In this document: positions 1 through 6,916 of the stretch, piece after piece
How the letters are laid out: each line of letters opens with the position of its first letter
Position numbering within the stretch: the first letter of the stretch is position 1
Virus record (IMG/VR): IMGVR_UViG_3300032320_000591
Coordinates: 1-29,984 of that record
DNA from: a virus
Lineage: Duplodnaviria > Caudoviricetes
Length of the DNA: 29,984 bases
Direction: 5' to 3' (one strand)
Notes under the pieces: model-generated
What the model was told of the DNA's origin: nothing
Databases searched by the model: none
What the model saw: the letters and a program-made list of their open reading frames with translations, nothing else
Program-made: the position numbers and the translations under genes

Positions 1-123
1 GTAGTACTTTGTTTTAAACACCATTGCACTCTTTTCGCTTTTCATTACTCTATGAATCCACCATCCACCATAGCCACCTACTAATACATTACTGCCAGTT
101 TCTCTATTTAATCCACTAACAAA
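1..123. repeat. Terminal direct repeat, copy 1 (circular overlap)
   Basis: Bases 1-123 are identical to 29862-29984, and one ORF reads in frame across the join. Confidence 0.97.
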
Positions 124-507
124 GCGCTCTATTAAGTCAGTCTCACAGTTCTTAATTATAGCAGTCTCATGATTACCATATCCAACGAACACCATTAAAT
201 GAGCGTATGGCTTAAACCAATCTATTGCAGTGTTTACTAAAGCATCTAAATAATTTGCTACGTTGTGCTCCGGTAAGATGTCCTGCTTACTGCGCCTTGG
301 ATCATACTTTCCCTGCATACAGCAGAATAAATCTCCATTAACAGCGAAGCTTATGTTTTCTGCCAAGCACTTATCTAAGTGTGCCTTAAGTAGCTTTCTA
401 TCGCAGTGAGGATTATCCCAGTGCAGATCGCTCATCATTAAAAACTTATCTCCACTCTTACAAGTAGTGATTATGACATTTCTACCCTCGCGATATGATG
501 TAATCAT
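1..507 (-). CDS. Calcineurin-like metallophosphoesterase, N-terminal part (continues across the circular join to 29490; about 292 aa in total)
   Basis: Manual translation from ATG 507 gives MITSYREG...MSDLHW...NGDLF...GYGNHE..., in frame with the track ORF 29490..29906, which has YYHG and AGHVH. All five metallophosphoesterase motifs are present. Confidence 0.9.
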   Translation of the reverse strand, partial: MITSYREGRNVIITTCKSGDKFLMMSDLHWDNPHCDRKLLKAHLDKCLAENISFAVNGDLFCCMQGKYDPRRSKQDILPEHNVANYLDALVNTAIDWFKPYAHLMVFVGYGNHETAIIKNCETDLIERFVSGLNRETGSNVLVGGYGGWWIHRVMKSEKSAMVFKTKYY

Positions 508-832
508 TAGTTATGATATTAGATTTAAGCTCCTGAAAATGCTTTTTAAATTCGTTGTAAGGCACATCTATTACTATTGCATTATCTATGCCCTGCATTA
601 GCGCTAAGGTGCGCTCTCCTACGTAGTAAGTACCATCCTTTCTAAACTCTACTTCTGCTTGAATGCCTACGCATTGGCGCGCATCAAACATAAATGGAAT
701 ATCCTCTGCATAGGTAGACTCTAAGCCTATATCTTCAGAGTAATTCCACTGTATAATTGTGCAGCTGCACAGTTCGGGTAACAGCTTGGCATTTAAATCT
801 ATCTGCTCCTTCTTCTTTCTAAATAGATTCAT
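482..832 (-). CDS. Hypothetical protein
   Basis: 116-aa ORF overlapping the start of the next gene; no motif recognised. Confidence 0.7.
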   Translation of the reverse strand: MNLFRKKKEQIDLNAKLLPELCSCTIIQWNYSEDIGLESTYAEDIPFMFDARQCVGIQAEVEFRKDGTYYVGERTLALMQGIDNAIVIDVPYNEFKKHFQELKSNIITNDYIISRG

Positions 833-846
833 AAGTAAAGGTTAAT

Positions 847-872
847 AAAAAAGCCCAGCGTTATGCTGAGCT
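847..872 (-). terminator. Intrinsic terminator after the methyltransferase
   Basis: Minus strand reads AGCTCAGC-ataac-GCTGGGCT followed by a T run; the G-U pair forms only on the minus strand. Confidence 0.75.
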
Positions 873-898
873 CTCTTATTAGATAGTGGAAGAAATTG

Positions 899-2017
899 CT
901 AAAATAGTTTAAGCTGTGCCTTTTCTCTTGCATCCATTTCAGCAATTACCTTGAAAATTTCATAGGCTACCTGTGGAACAATAGCATTTCCGTAGCCCTT
1001 TATACTTTCGTTTCTCCATTTAGAAAAGGTAATTCCGTCCAGTTCGGTGGGAAGCCCATCATCTCCGCCACAAATTGGGGATTGAGTTGGGAAGTTTTTC
1101 CATTGGTTTCTGCATTCCACATTGATAAATCCATTTGACGCTTCCCTATTCGATTGTTCCAATACTTCTCGCTGTGTCCATGTTTTATTATCTGAGCTGT
1201 TGGTGTCGGTAGCATTCCCTTGTCCATCATTCTTGTTAATGTCATTGAGTGCATTGATCCCTCTTTCACTTGGCTGCTCTTCATTGTCGCACTCGCGTTC
1301 GTGCTGTCGAATACTGTCGGAGTTGGAAGTAATCCTCTTATCGCATAATCCGCAAGGTTTAGACTGTGGGTGTTCCCATTGGATGCTTTTCTTCTGCTCG
1401 TATTTGTTAAGTCCGCATTGTAATGAGGTGTCTCTTGTGTTGTTGGAGTGGGTAGCAGCCCTTGAATTAACTTCGCTTGTAGACATGTTCCCCCTTGTTT
1501 GAATTGAGTATTCTGCTGATGCGTTGTTGGTGTTGGCAGCAACAAACCATATTCTATCTCTCCTGTGCGGTGCGCCAACGGCACAAGCTGGCAATAGTAT
1601 CGGTTGTACTTCGTACCCTTGACTTTCCAAGTCAGTGCACACTTCCTCGAATACCACTCCCCCGTTCCAATTAGTAAGCCCACGAACATTTTCGCCCACA
1701 ACGTAGGTTGGGTTAATCTCTGAAATTGCTCTGAGCATGTGCGGCCAGAGGTGTCGCTCGTCCTCTTTCCCAAGTCGCTTACCTGCGCTTGAATATGGTT
1801 GGCATGGGAATCCACCGGTAAGGATATCAATTGATCCTCGGTGAATAGTGAAATCTGTTTTTGTAATGTCTTCATAACTTATAGAATTAGGCCAATAATG
1901 ATTTAATACTTTGCGAGGAAATGGCATCCACTCACAGTGAAAGATGTTGTCCCATCCCATCCATTCGGCAGCTAAATCAAAGCCACCGATTCCGCTGAAT
2001 AGTGAGCCATGATTCAC
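899..2017 (-). CDS. DNA (cytosine-5) methyltransferase, alpha-like polypeptide (motifs I-VIII and X, no motif IX in frame)
   Basis: Motifs LFSGIGG (I), GGFPCQPYS (IV), ENVRG (VI), HRRDRIWFV (VIII) and GYGNAIVP (X). Confidence 0.93.
   Translation of the reverse strand: MNHGSLFSGIGGFDLAAEWMGWDNIFHCEWMPFPRKVLNHYWPNSISYEDITKTDFTIHRGSIDILTGGFPCQPYSSAGKRLGKEDERHLWPHMLRAISEINPTYVVGENVRGLTNWNGGVVFEEVCTDLESQGYEVQPILLPACAVGAPHRRDRIWFVAANTNNASAEYSIQTRGNMSTSEVNSRAATHSNNTRDTSLQCGLNKYEQKKSIQWEHPQSKPCGLCDKRITSNSDSIRQHERECDNEEQPSERGINALNDINKNDGQGNATDTNSSDNKTWTQREVLEQSNREASNGFINVECRNQWKNFPTQSPICGGDDGLPTELDGITFSKWRNESIKGYGNAIVPQVAYEIFKVIAEMDAREKAQLKLF
1000..1875 (-). CDS. Nested +1-frame methyltransferase beta-like polypeptide (four LLPTPT cassettes plus motif IX)
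   Basis: 291 codons open entirely inside the alpha gene. LNPQFVAEMMGFPPNW resembles motif IX and lies just before alpha motif X. Start codon uncertain. Confidence 0.8.
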   Translation of the reverse strand: MKTLQKQISLFTEDQLISLPVDSHANHIQAQVSDLGKRTSDTSGRTCSEQFQRLTQPTLWAKMFVGLLIGTGEWYSRKCALTWKVKGTKYNRYYCQLVPLAHRTGEIEYGLLLPTPTTHQQNTQFKQGGTCLQAKLIQGLLPTPTTQETPHYNADLTNTSRRKASNGNTHSLNLADYAIRGLLPTPTVFDSTNASATMKSSQVKEGSMHSMTLTRMMDKGMLPTPTAQIIKHGHSEKYWNNRIGKRQMDLSMWNAETNGKTSQLNPQFVAEMMGFPPNWTELPFLNGETKV

Positions 2018-2208
2018 AGCTTCCCCTCCCTTATCTCTATCTTAAAAAGCTCTTTAAGTATCTCTATCTCATGGTCTTTAAAGTTGCTTATGCCTTGCTC
2101 GCGCAGGCAGTAGTTAGACTGTTCAATACCTAATTTATACGCGAGATATTCTTGGCTGTATCCGTAGAATAATCTATAGCACTTAATTGATTTGTGAAAT
2201 GGTATCAT
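2014..2208 (-). CDS. XRE-family HTH protein
   Basis: IKCYRLFYGYSQEYLAYKLGIEQSNYCLREQG fits the XRE pattern; ATGA-coupled to the methyltransferase. Confidence 0.8.
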   Translation of the reverse strand: MIPFHKSIKCYRLFYGYSQEYLAYKLGIEQSNYCLREQGISNFKDHEIEILKELFKIEIREGKL

Positions 2209-2211
2209 AAC

Positions 2212-2631
2212 TTATTTATAATTACTAAAATCTAACTTAATTTGTTCAGCAGCATTTCTCATAAGAACCATATTGACTAAACTATCATAGTATTTCTGCA
2301 TGCCATCCCTGGTAGCTTCAATAGCTTGAGCCCTTTGCGTTAGGCTTGTAATTTGAGATTGTATTTCTCCAATAGATGTGCTTCTCCAAAAGCCATTAGA
2401 GCTGCTGCAAATACCATACTCTCCAGTATGCCTAAGCTTGCTAATAATTTTACGTACAGATACTTCTGTTAATCTTGTTGGCTCTAAATTTCTTGCGTAA
2501 TAATTATTAACTTCTGAAGCTAATACAGCAGCAGTTTTTGGTATATCACCAAGATGTGCAGTTAGCACTGTTACAGCTTTTTGCTCTAACTCAGTTAGTG
2601 GCTGAGTGTGTTTTTCAAAATTTTCAATCAT
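2212..2631 (-). CDS. Putative winged-HTH DNA-binding protein
   Basis: EVSVRKIISKLR...ICSSSNGFW resembles a recognition helix plus wing, followed by a coiled coil. Confidence 0.55.
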   Translation of the reverse strand: MIENFEKHTQPLTELEQKAVTVLTAHLGDIPKTAAVLASEVNNYYARNLEPTRLTEVSVRKIISKLRHTGEYGICSSSNGFWRSTSIGEIQSQITSLTQRAQAIEATRDGMQKYYDSLVNMVLMRNAAEQIKLDFSNYK

Positions 2632-3374
2632 GATTTCTCTTTGTTAATTTGTTTAATAATGTCAATGTAAATTAATCTACTGAGCTCTATCTTTTGTAAG
2701 CCATCAAATTCAGCTTGTGCGCTTTCGCCTAAGATAACTCTGTTAGAAGCCTTGAATTTAGCCTCTACTTTTTGCTTGGCTATATCTTCAAATCTTGCCC
2801 ATACTTCGGGCAGCCATTGAGATTTCTTATAGATTCCCTTCCGGAATAAACGCTGGCAGTTGTAAGGTGCAGAGATTTCTACCCATGTTTCTTTACCTGC
2901 ATTCCATCTATCTACATCTTCATGCAAAGCTGTAACAGGATTAGTAGGCTCTACATGTTTAGGCTGTGCTTCCGGTAGTATAAGCGCCTTATTCAGCTCT
3001 CGCCATACTTTGCTCTTATACTCTTCATAACGCTTCAATACATCGGCCATAAATGAGATGCTGAATAGGTTGAATGCCTCTACTCTTTCAAAGTCTTTAC
3101 CTATTGCATTGTAGAGAAACGCATTCTGCCAGTCTTTAATTGATGTACTCCGATACGTATTTTGAGTAAGTTGCTGAAGCAGAGTTACTTCTATATCTGA
3201 AGGTAAAGCTTTAATAGAATTGATTACAGCAGCCTGCGCTATAAGCTCTCTAAATTCCTGCTCAGATAATGAATGTAGCTTAGGTGAGCTAATGCACTCA
3301 GCTATAGCTCTTTCTTCAGCGCTTAGTGAACGATTGAAGCTCTGAAGTACTGATGCGGCCAATTCTTTGCTCAT
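2628..3374 (-). CDS. Hypothetical protein (possible helicase loader-like replication accessory)
   Basis: 248-aa ORF directly after an initiator C-terminal-like domain; function inferred from position only. Confidence 0.6.
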   Translation of the reverse strand: MSKELAASVLQSFNRSLSAEERAIAECISSPKLHSLSEQEFRELIAQAAVINSIKALPSDIEVTLLQQLTQNTYRSTSIKDWQNAFLYNAIGKDFERVEAFNLFSISFMADVLKRYEEYKSKVWRELNKALILPEAQPKHVEPTNPVTALHEDVDRWNAGKETWVEISAPYNCQRLFRKGIYKKSQWLPEVWARFEDIAKQKVEAKFKASNRVILGESAQAEFDGLQKIELSRLIYIDIIKQINKEKS

Positions 3375-3639
3375 CTTCTTTAGATTTAGATTCGTTAATA
3401 TTTCTTGCTTTCCATTGATCGCAAGCTGCTCTCCAGCTCTTCATGGAGTTTTTACCTACTTTCCATCCATTGCTCTCATAGTGGCAGTAGAATTTCTTAG
3501 CTAATACTAAGTCATTCAGGTAAGCTACTACATCGGCAAGTGATGGGGGAATGAATTTAGTAGAGGCTGAGCGCTTAGATTCAAGCGCCCTTACCCTCTC
3601 TTCAAGCGCTTCTATGCGCTTTAATAGAATAGTCATCAT
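3316..3639 (-). CDS. Stand-alone phage replisome-organizer C-terminal-like domain
   Basis: FIPPSLADVVAY...FYCHYESNGWKVGKNSMKSWRAA..W resembles the C-termini of phage replication initiators. Confidence 0.65.
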   Translation of the reverse strand: MMTILLKRIEALEERVRALESKRSASTKFIPPSLADVVAYLNDLVLAKKFYCHYESNGWKVGKNSMKSWRAACDQWKARNINESKSKEDEQRIGRISTSELQSFTKR

Positions 3640-3651
3640 TTGGTTTATTGA

Positions 3652-4137
3652 TTAGTGATTGGCCAAATATAACAAAATTCTTTTCCACCATGGCAGTGCT
3701 ACAGCTTTTTTTACTCTTTGCTTAGGAGTTCGCTGCAATTTAATAGGCTCAGTTTTTGGCATGTTAACTAAGCCGAGCATGTCGGTAGGTATATCTACAA
3801 ATTGACTATCTTTCTTCTGCAAAAGGAATGAAGTATATTTCATTTTTTCTTTTTGCTGAAGGTATTTTTTATGACGGTTTTTCTTTTGAATCTCCATTAT
3901 TCTATAGAAATCTTTACGTTCTAATTTTGGCTTTACTACAAATACAGTTTTACCATCATACCTTCCAAGAATTCTTGCATCTACTAAATACTTACCCATT
4001 GATCCTGATAATCCTACTTTACGAAGTGCCTGGGTTAACATAAGACCTTGCGATATTAAATCTACTGCCTGTTGTAATCTCTGAATAGTTACCGGCTCTT
4101 GCTTTCTTTTGTCGAATTTCATTTTAGTTTGTTCCAT
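3652..4137 (-). CDS. Hypothetical basic protein
   Basis: 161-aa ORF with an A-rich translation initiation region. Confidence 0.7.
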   Translation of the reverse strand: MEQTKMKFDKRKQEPVTIQRLQQAVDLISQGLMLTQALRKVGLSGSMGKYLVDARILGRYDGKTVFVVKPKLERKDFYRIMEIQKKNRHKKYLQQKEKMKYTSFLLQKKDSQFVDIPTDMLGLVNMPKTEPIKLQRTPKQRVKKAVALPWWKRILLYLANH

Positions 4138-4154
4138 GATTATTGATTTATTAA

Positions 4155-4643
4155 TTATTCAGTTAATTTTTTATACTCTCTATACAAATTAGCATCTTGT
4201 AGCTTTTCTAAAATAGATTCTACGCATGCTCTATACAATGGATCAGTCTGCAGCATATTTTCTACGTGCTTAATAGCGTGCAGAATTGTAGCATGGTGCC
4301 TTTGAAATATTAGCCCTACATTTTGAAAGCTCATACTGGTACCGTTGCGAATTACCCACATGCATATTTGACGAATATCATTTACCTCACGATGTCTGCT
4401 TCTGCCTTTAAGCTGTTCCCACGTGCAGTAGCCATGCTCAAATATTACCTTTAACATTTCCTTAGCCTTAGCTTCGTTAAGTGATTCAGCTATGCCGTTA
4501 ATTGATTTCCACTTAAGCTCCGGTATATCATTCTCATTCACAGCTCTAACTAAGTTATCTAATCTTTGACGCGCGTAATGCTGTGAATCTGCAGGTATTA
4601 GCAGCAATATATCTGCTATCTTTCTTTCTATTGTTTTACTCAT
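4155..4643 (-). CDS. DnaA domain IV-like DNA-binding protein
   Basis: LKGRSRHREVNDIRQICMWV...SFQNVGLIFQRHHATILHAIKHV matches the DnaA C-terminal HTH signature; no AAA+ domain. Confidence 0.85.
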   Translation of the reverse strand: MSKTIERKIADILLLIPADSQHYARQRLDNLVRAVNENDIPELKWKSINGIAESLNEAKAKEMLKVIFEHGYCTWEQLKGRSRHREVNDIRQICMWVIRNGTSMSFQNVGLIFQRHHATILHAIKHVENMLQTDPLYRACVESILEKLQDANLYREYKKLTE

Positions 4644-4873
4644 TTGCTATCCTTCATTAGTTCTAAAATGTATGGTATCTCTTCCTCAGTTATTGTAGCA
4701 AGCTTACCTATATCACTTACCTTCATGGAGCGGGGCTGCTTAATGTATTTTTGAGCTGTTGGGTAACTTACCTCAAGCACTTCAGCGAACTGAGCCACAG
4801 TCACAAAGTGACTGCGTACCCAGCTGTGAAATGGAGTAAGCTTAGAATGGCATTTCATCGTCGCTTGCTTCAT
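4640..4873 (-). CDS. Small Cro-like HTH protein
   Basis: TVAQFAEVLEVSYPTAQKYIKQP is HTH-like; true start may be the second Met. Confidence 0.6.
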   Translation of the reverse strand: MKQATMKCHSKLTPFHSWVRSHFVTVAQFAEVLEVSYPTAQKYIKQPRSMKVSDIGKLATITEEEIPYILELMKDSK

Positions 4874-5462
4874 CTAATTTAGTATTAATTGGTGAACTAA
4901 CTTTTACCTCTTCCTCTTTAAGCCATGCTAAAAATATCTCAGCAGTATCTAACACATCACCTGGCTTACTTCCCTTCTGCTCTTTGCAGAATAATACTGC
5001 ATTGTTTAAAGCCACTGATCTGCTAATAGAGTTCTGCACATCAGGTGATTCTTTACGCGGAGTGTATGCTGATTGTACTATGCCTGTCCCTCCTCCATTA
5101 AATGGATTAGGATTCTGCAGCTTAAAGTTTGTGCTCTTTCTGCCTGTTGGGCCAGTGCGCTCTTCGGATGTATAGTGAATAGTAGCGCCTACTTGAATCT
5201 TAGGGCTGTTCATATCCTTTACACCTACTTGGCCTACTTCATTTACTCCATTATTCTCTACGATTAAATCGAAGTAATAGATTGTACCTGATGGGCCATT
5301 CCAATCTCTAACAAATTTCTGACTTTTAACGATTCCTTGATTCATAACTGTGTTGTTTTTATTTATGTATTTACTTAATTTATCTGCTAACTTATTCTCT
5401 TGCTCATCCCAATCTATTGATGGCTTGAGCTTATCCCAATTAGGTTCTCTTGTGTAACTCAT
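4842..5462 (-). CDS. Putative single-stranded DNA-binding protein
   Basis: Beta-rich core and acidic C-terminal tail DEASDDEMPF, typical of SSBs. Start uncertain (5498, 5462 or the internal MNQGIVK). Confidence 0.65.
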   Translation of the reverse strand: MSYTREPNWDKLKPSIDWDEQENKLADKLSKYINKNNTVMNQGIVKSQKFVRDWNGPSGTIYYFDLIVENNGVNEVGQVGVKDMNSPKIQVGATIHYTSEERTGPTGRKSTNFKLQNPNPFNGGGTGIVQSAYTPRKESPDVQNSISRSVALNNAVLFCKEQKGSKPGDVLDTAEIFLAWLKEEEVKVSSPINTKLDEASDDEMPF

Positions 5463-5595
5463 CAGGATTGTTTTGAAAGTAACTTCGCCAGCTCTCATAG
5501 ACTACTTTCTCTGCCATCTTATTGAACTCTAACTCCTCTCCCGGTAGTGAGCTCTGTACGCAAATAAATTTGCTTTTTGCGCGTTCAGATAACAT
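5440..5595 (-). CDS. Small hypothetical protein, 51 aa (not in ORF track)
   Basis: MLSERAKSKFICVQSS...DELHKRT*; fills the gap and overlaps both neighbours. Confidence 0.55.
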   Translation of the reverse strand: MLSERAKSKFICVQSSLPGEELEFNKMAEKVVYESWRSYFQNNPDELHKRT

Positions 5596-5815
5596 AGCGA
5601 TCACTCATAAAGTAGTCATGTATATTACTCTCGCCTTCGCTCTCGAATTGGTAGAGAAAAGTGCCATCATCAGGGAATACCTCCCCATGTTTTTTAGCTG
5701 TTGAGAAATCAGTTAGAGAGTAACTGTGAGCTGATGTGTACAGCTTCCATCCGCAAGCTTCGGCATCCCACCGACTTACGATAACCTTACCGGTTATGTT
5801 GTTTGGTTTATTCAT
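5585..5815 (-). CDS. Hypothetical early protein
   Basis: 76-aa ORF with an A-rich initiation region. Confidence 0.7.
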   Translation of the reverse strand: MNKPNNITGKVIVSRWDAEACGWKLYTSAHSYSLTDFSTAKKHGEVFPDDGTFLYQFESEGESNIHDYFMSDRYVI

Positions 5816-5840
5816 GATTATTAATTAAGTTGCTAATATA

Positions 5841-6077
5841 CTAAATTCTTTTTATACTAATTACTACATCATCATTTTCCCACTCATAAAGTGCATTCTC
5901 GTTATACTCATTAATCCATACGGGTGTATAATCGAACTTGTAAATCTTCATAAGTAGTGGTAGCATCTGCTGTGCTACCTCCCAAGTATCTGCTATGAAT
6001 AGGTTAGGAGTATTTAGGCGCTCGGATAATGAGATTGCTACCTCGTCTATCGGAGTAACTGTTACATAGAATTTCAT
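5841..6077 (-). CDS. Hypothetical early protein
   Basis: 78-aa ORF, ATGA-coupled to the upstream gene. Confidence 0.7.
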   Translation of the reverse strand: MKFYVTVTPIDEVAISLSERLNTPNLFIADTWEVAQQMLPLLMKIYKFDYTPVWINEYNENALYEWENDDVVISIKRI

Positions 6078-6307
6078 GATTCTTTTAAATTATTTGGGGT
6101 TGGTAATTCTTTGTATGGTGTAGCGTTAATTTTATTTAGGACTTCTTCGAGTTGATTAATTCGCTCATCTGCATAAGCATCCCACTTAACGTCTCCGTCT
6201 TTTTCTTTACGCCAAGTCTTTTGCGCCAGCTTTATAGCTTCTGTAATTTGCACTACATCATCTAAAAATAAAAAGATGGTTTTAGAGAAATGTAATTCTT
6301 GGCTCAT
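6074..6307 (-). CDS. Hypothetical early protein
   Basis: 77-aa ORF, ATGA-coupled on both sides. Confidence 0.7.
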   Translation of the reverse strand: MSQELHFSKTIFLFLDDVVQITEAIKLAQKTWRKEKDGDVKWDAYADERINQLEEVLNKINATPYKELPTPNNLKES

Positions 6308-6417
6308 TTGCTTATGTGATTAGGTTGTGATTCTAACTCTGCTGTTTGCGCATCGAATGTGCCAGCGATTAACATACCTGCGATTAACATCGCGATAAAA
6401 AGTAATTGTTTTTTCAT
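6304..6417 (-). CDS. 37-aa signal-peptide-like or membrane peptide (not in ORF track)
   Basis: MKKQLLFIAMLIAGMLIAGTFDAQTAELESQPNHISK*; first ORF after the consensus promoter, with an ATGA overlap into the next gene. Confidence 0.7.
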   Translation of the reverse strand: MKKQLLFIAMLIAGMLIAGTFDAQTAELESQPNHISK

Positions 6418-6439
6418 TTGCTTATTGATTTAATTTTAG

Positions 6440-6470
6440 CAAATGTACTACAATATTTTAGATATGCAAA
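6440..6470 (-). promoter_or_regulatory. Bacteroidota primary-sigma promoter for the early operon
   Basis: Minus strand TTTG-N19-TACATTTG is a perfect -33/-7 consensus. Confidence 0.85.
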
Positions 6471-6517
6471 AGAAACCTTGCTAATTGTAGCAAAGTTATT
6501 AACAAAGATTTGTTAGT

Positions 6518-6916
6518 TTAGAAAAGTAGATTGAAGATAATACCCCCTACAAATGAGATGGGAATACCTATTAGCGCTGCATTGCGCCAAGATTTTTTAC
6601 GTGCAGCTTCTTTGTATAGTTCCTCCTGTGATTTAACTAACTGCTGAGCTTTCTGCTCATTAGCTAAGCTGTATGCATCTATAGTTTTTTGCTGATCCTT
6701 AATGACAAAAGATGCAATACTATCACTTTTTGATAATAAGCCTACCTGTGCTTTTAAATAATCTCTCTCTGCCTTTAGCTTTAGCAGCGCTCTTACTTCC
6801 TTAGTCGTTAGACTGACCAGGGTATCTTTCTCCGGCAAGCTCTGCGAGTAGAGAATGCATGGCTCTGCGAAGCCCATTCCTATCAAGAGAATCAATAGCG
6901 CTGATGTTAGCCTCAT
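6518..6916 (-). CDS. Spanin-like lysis protein (signal peptide with Cys, coiled coil, C-terminal TM helix)
   Basis: MRLTSALLILLIGMGFAEPC..., C-terminal AALIGIPISFVGGIIF; overlaps the upstream gene out of frame. Start uncertain. Confidence 0.55.
   Translation of the reverse strand: MRLTSALLILLIGMGFAEPCILYSQSLPEKDTLVSLTTKEVRALLKLKAERDYLKAQVGLLSKSDSIASFVIKDQQKTIDAYSLANEQKAQQLVKSQEELYKEAARKKSWRNAALIGIPISFVGGIIFNLLF

Noticed and set aside
1122-1502. Plus-strand 126-aa ORF as a third overlapping gene in the methyltransferase locus
   Set aside because: No motif and no plus-strand promoter; likely a by-product of the two constrained minus-strand frames.
1198-1545. LLPTPT repeats as a CRISPR-like array or DGR template/variable repeats
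   Set aside because: The repeats are conserved at protein level only, spacing is irregular, and no cas or reverse transcriptase gene is present.
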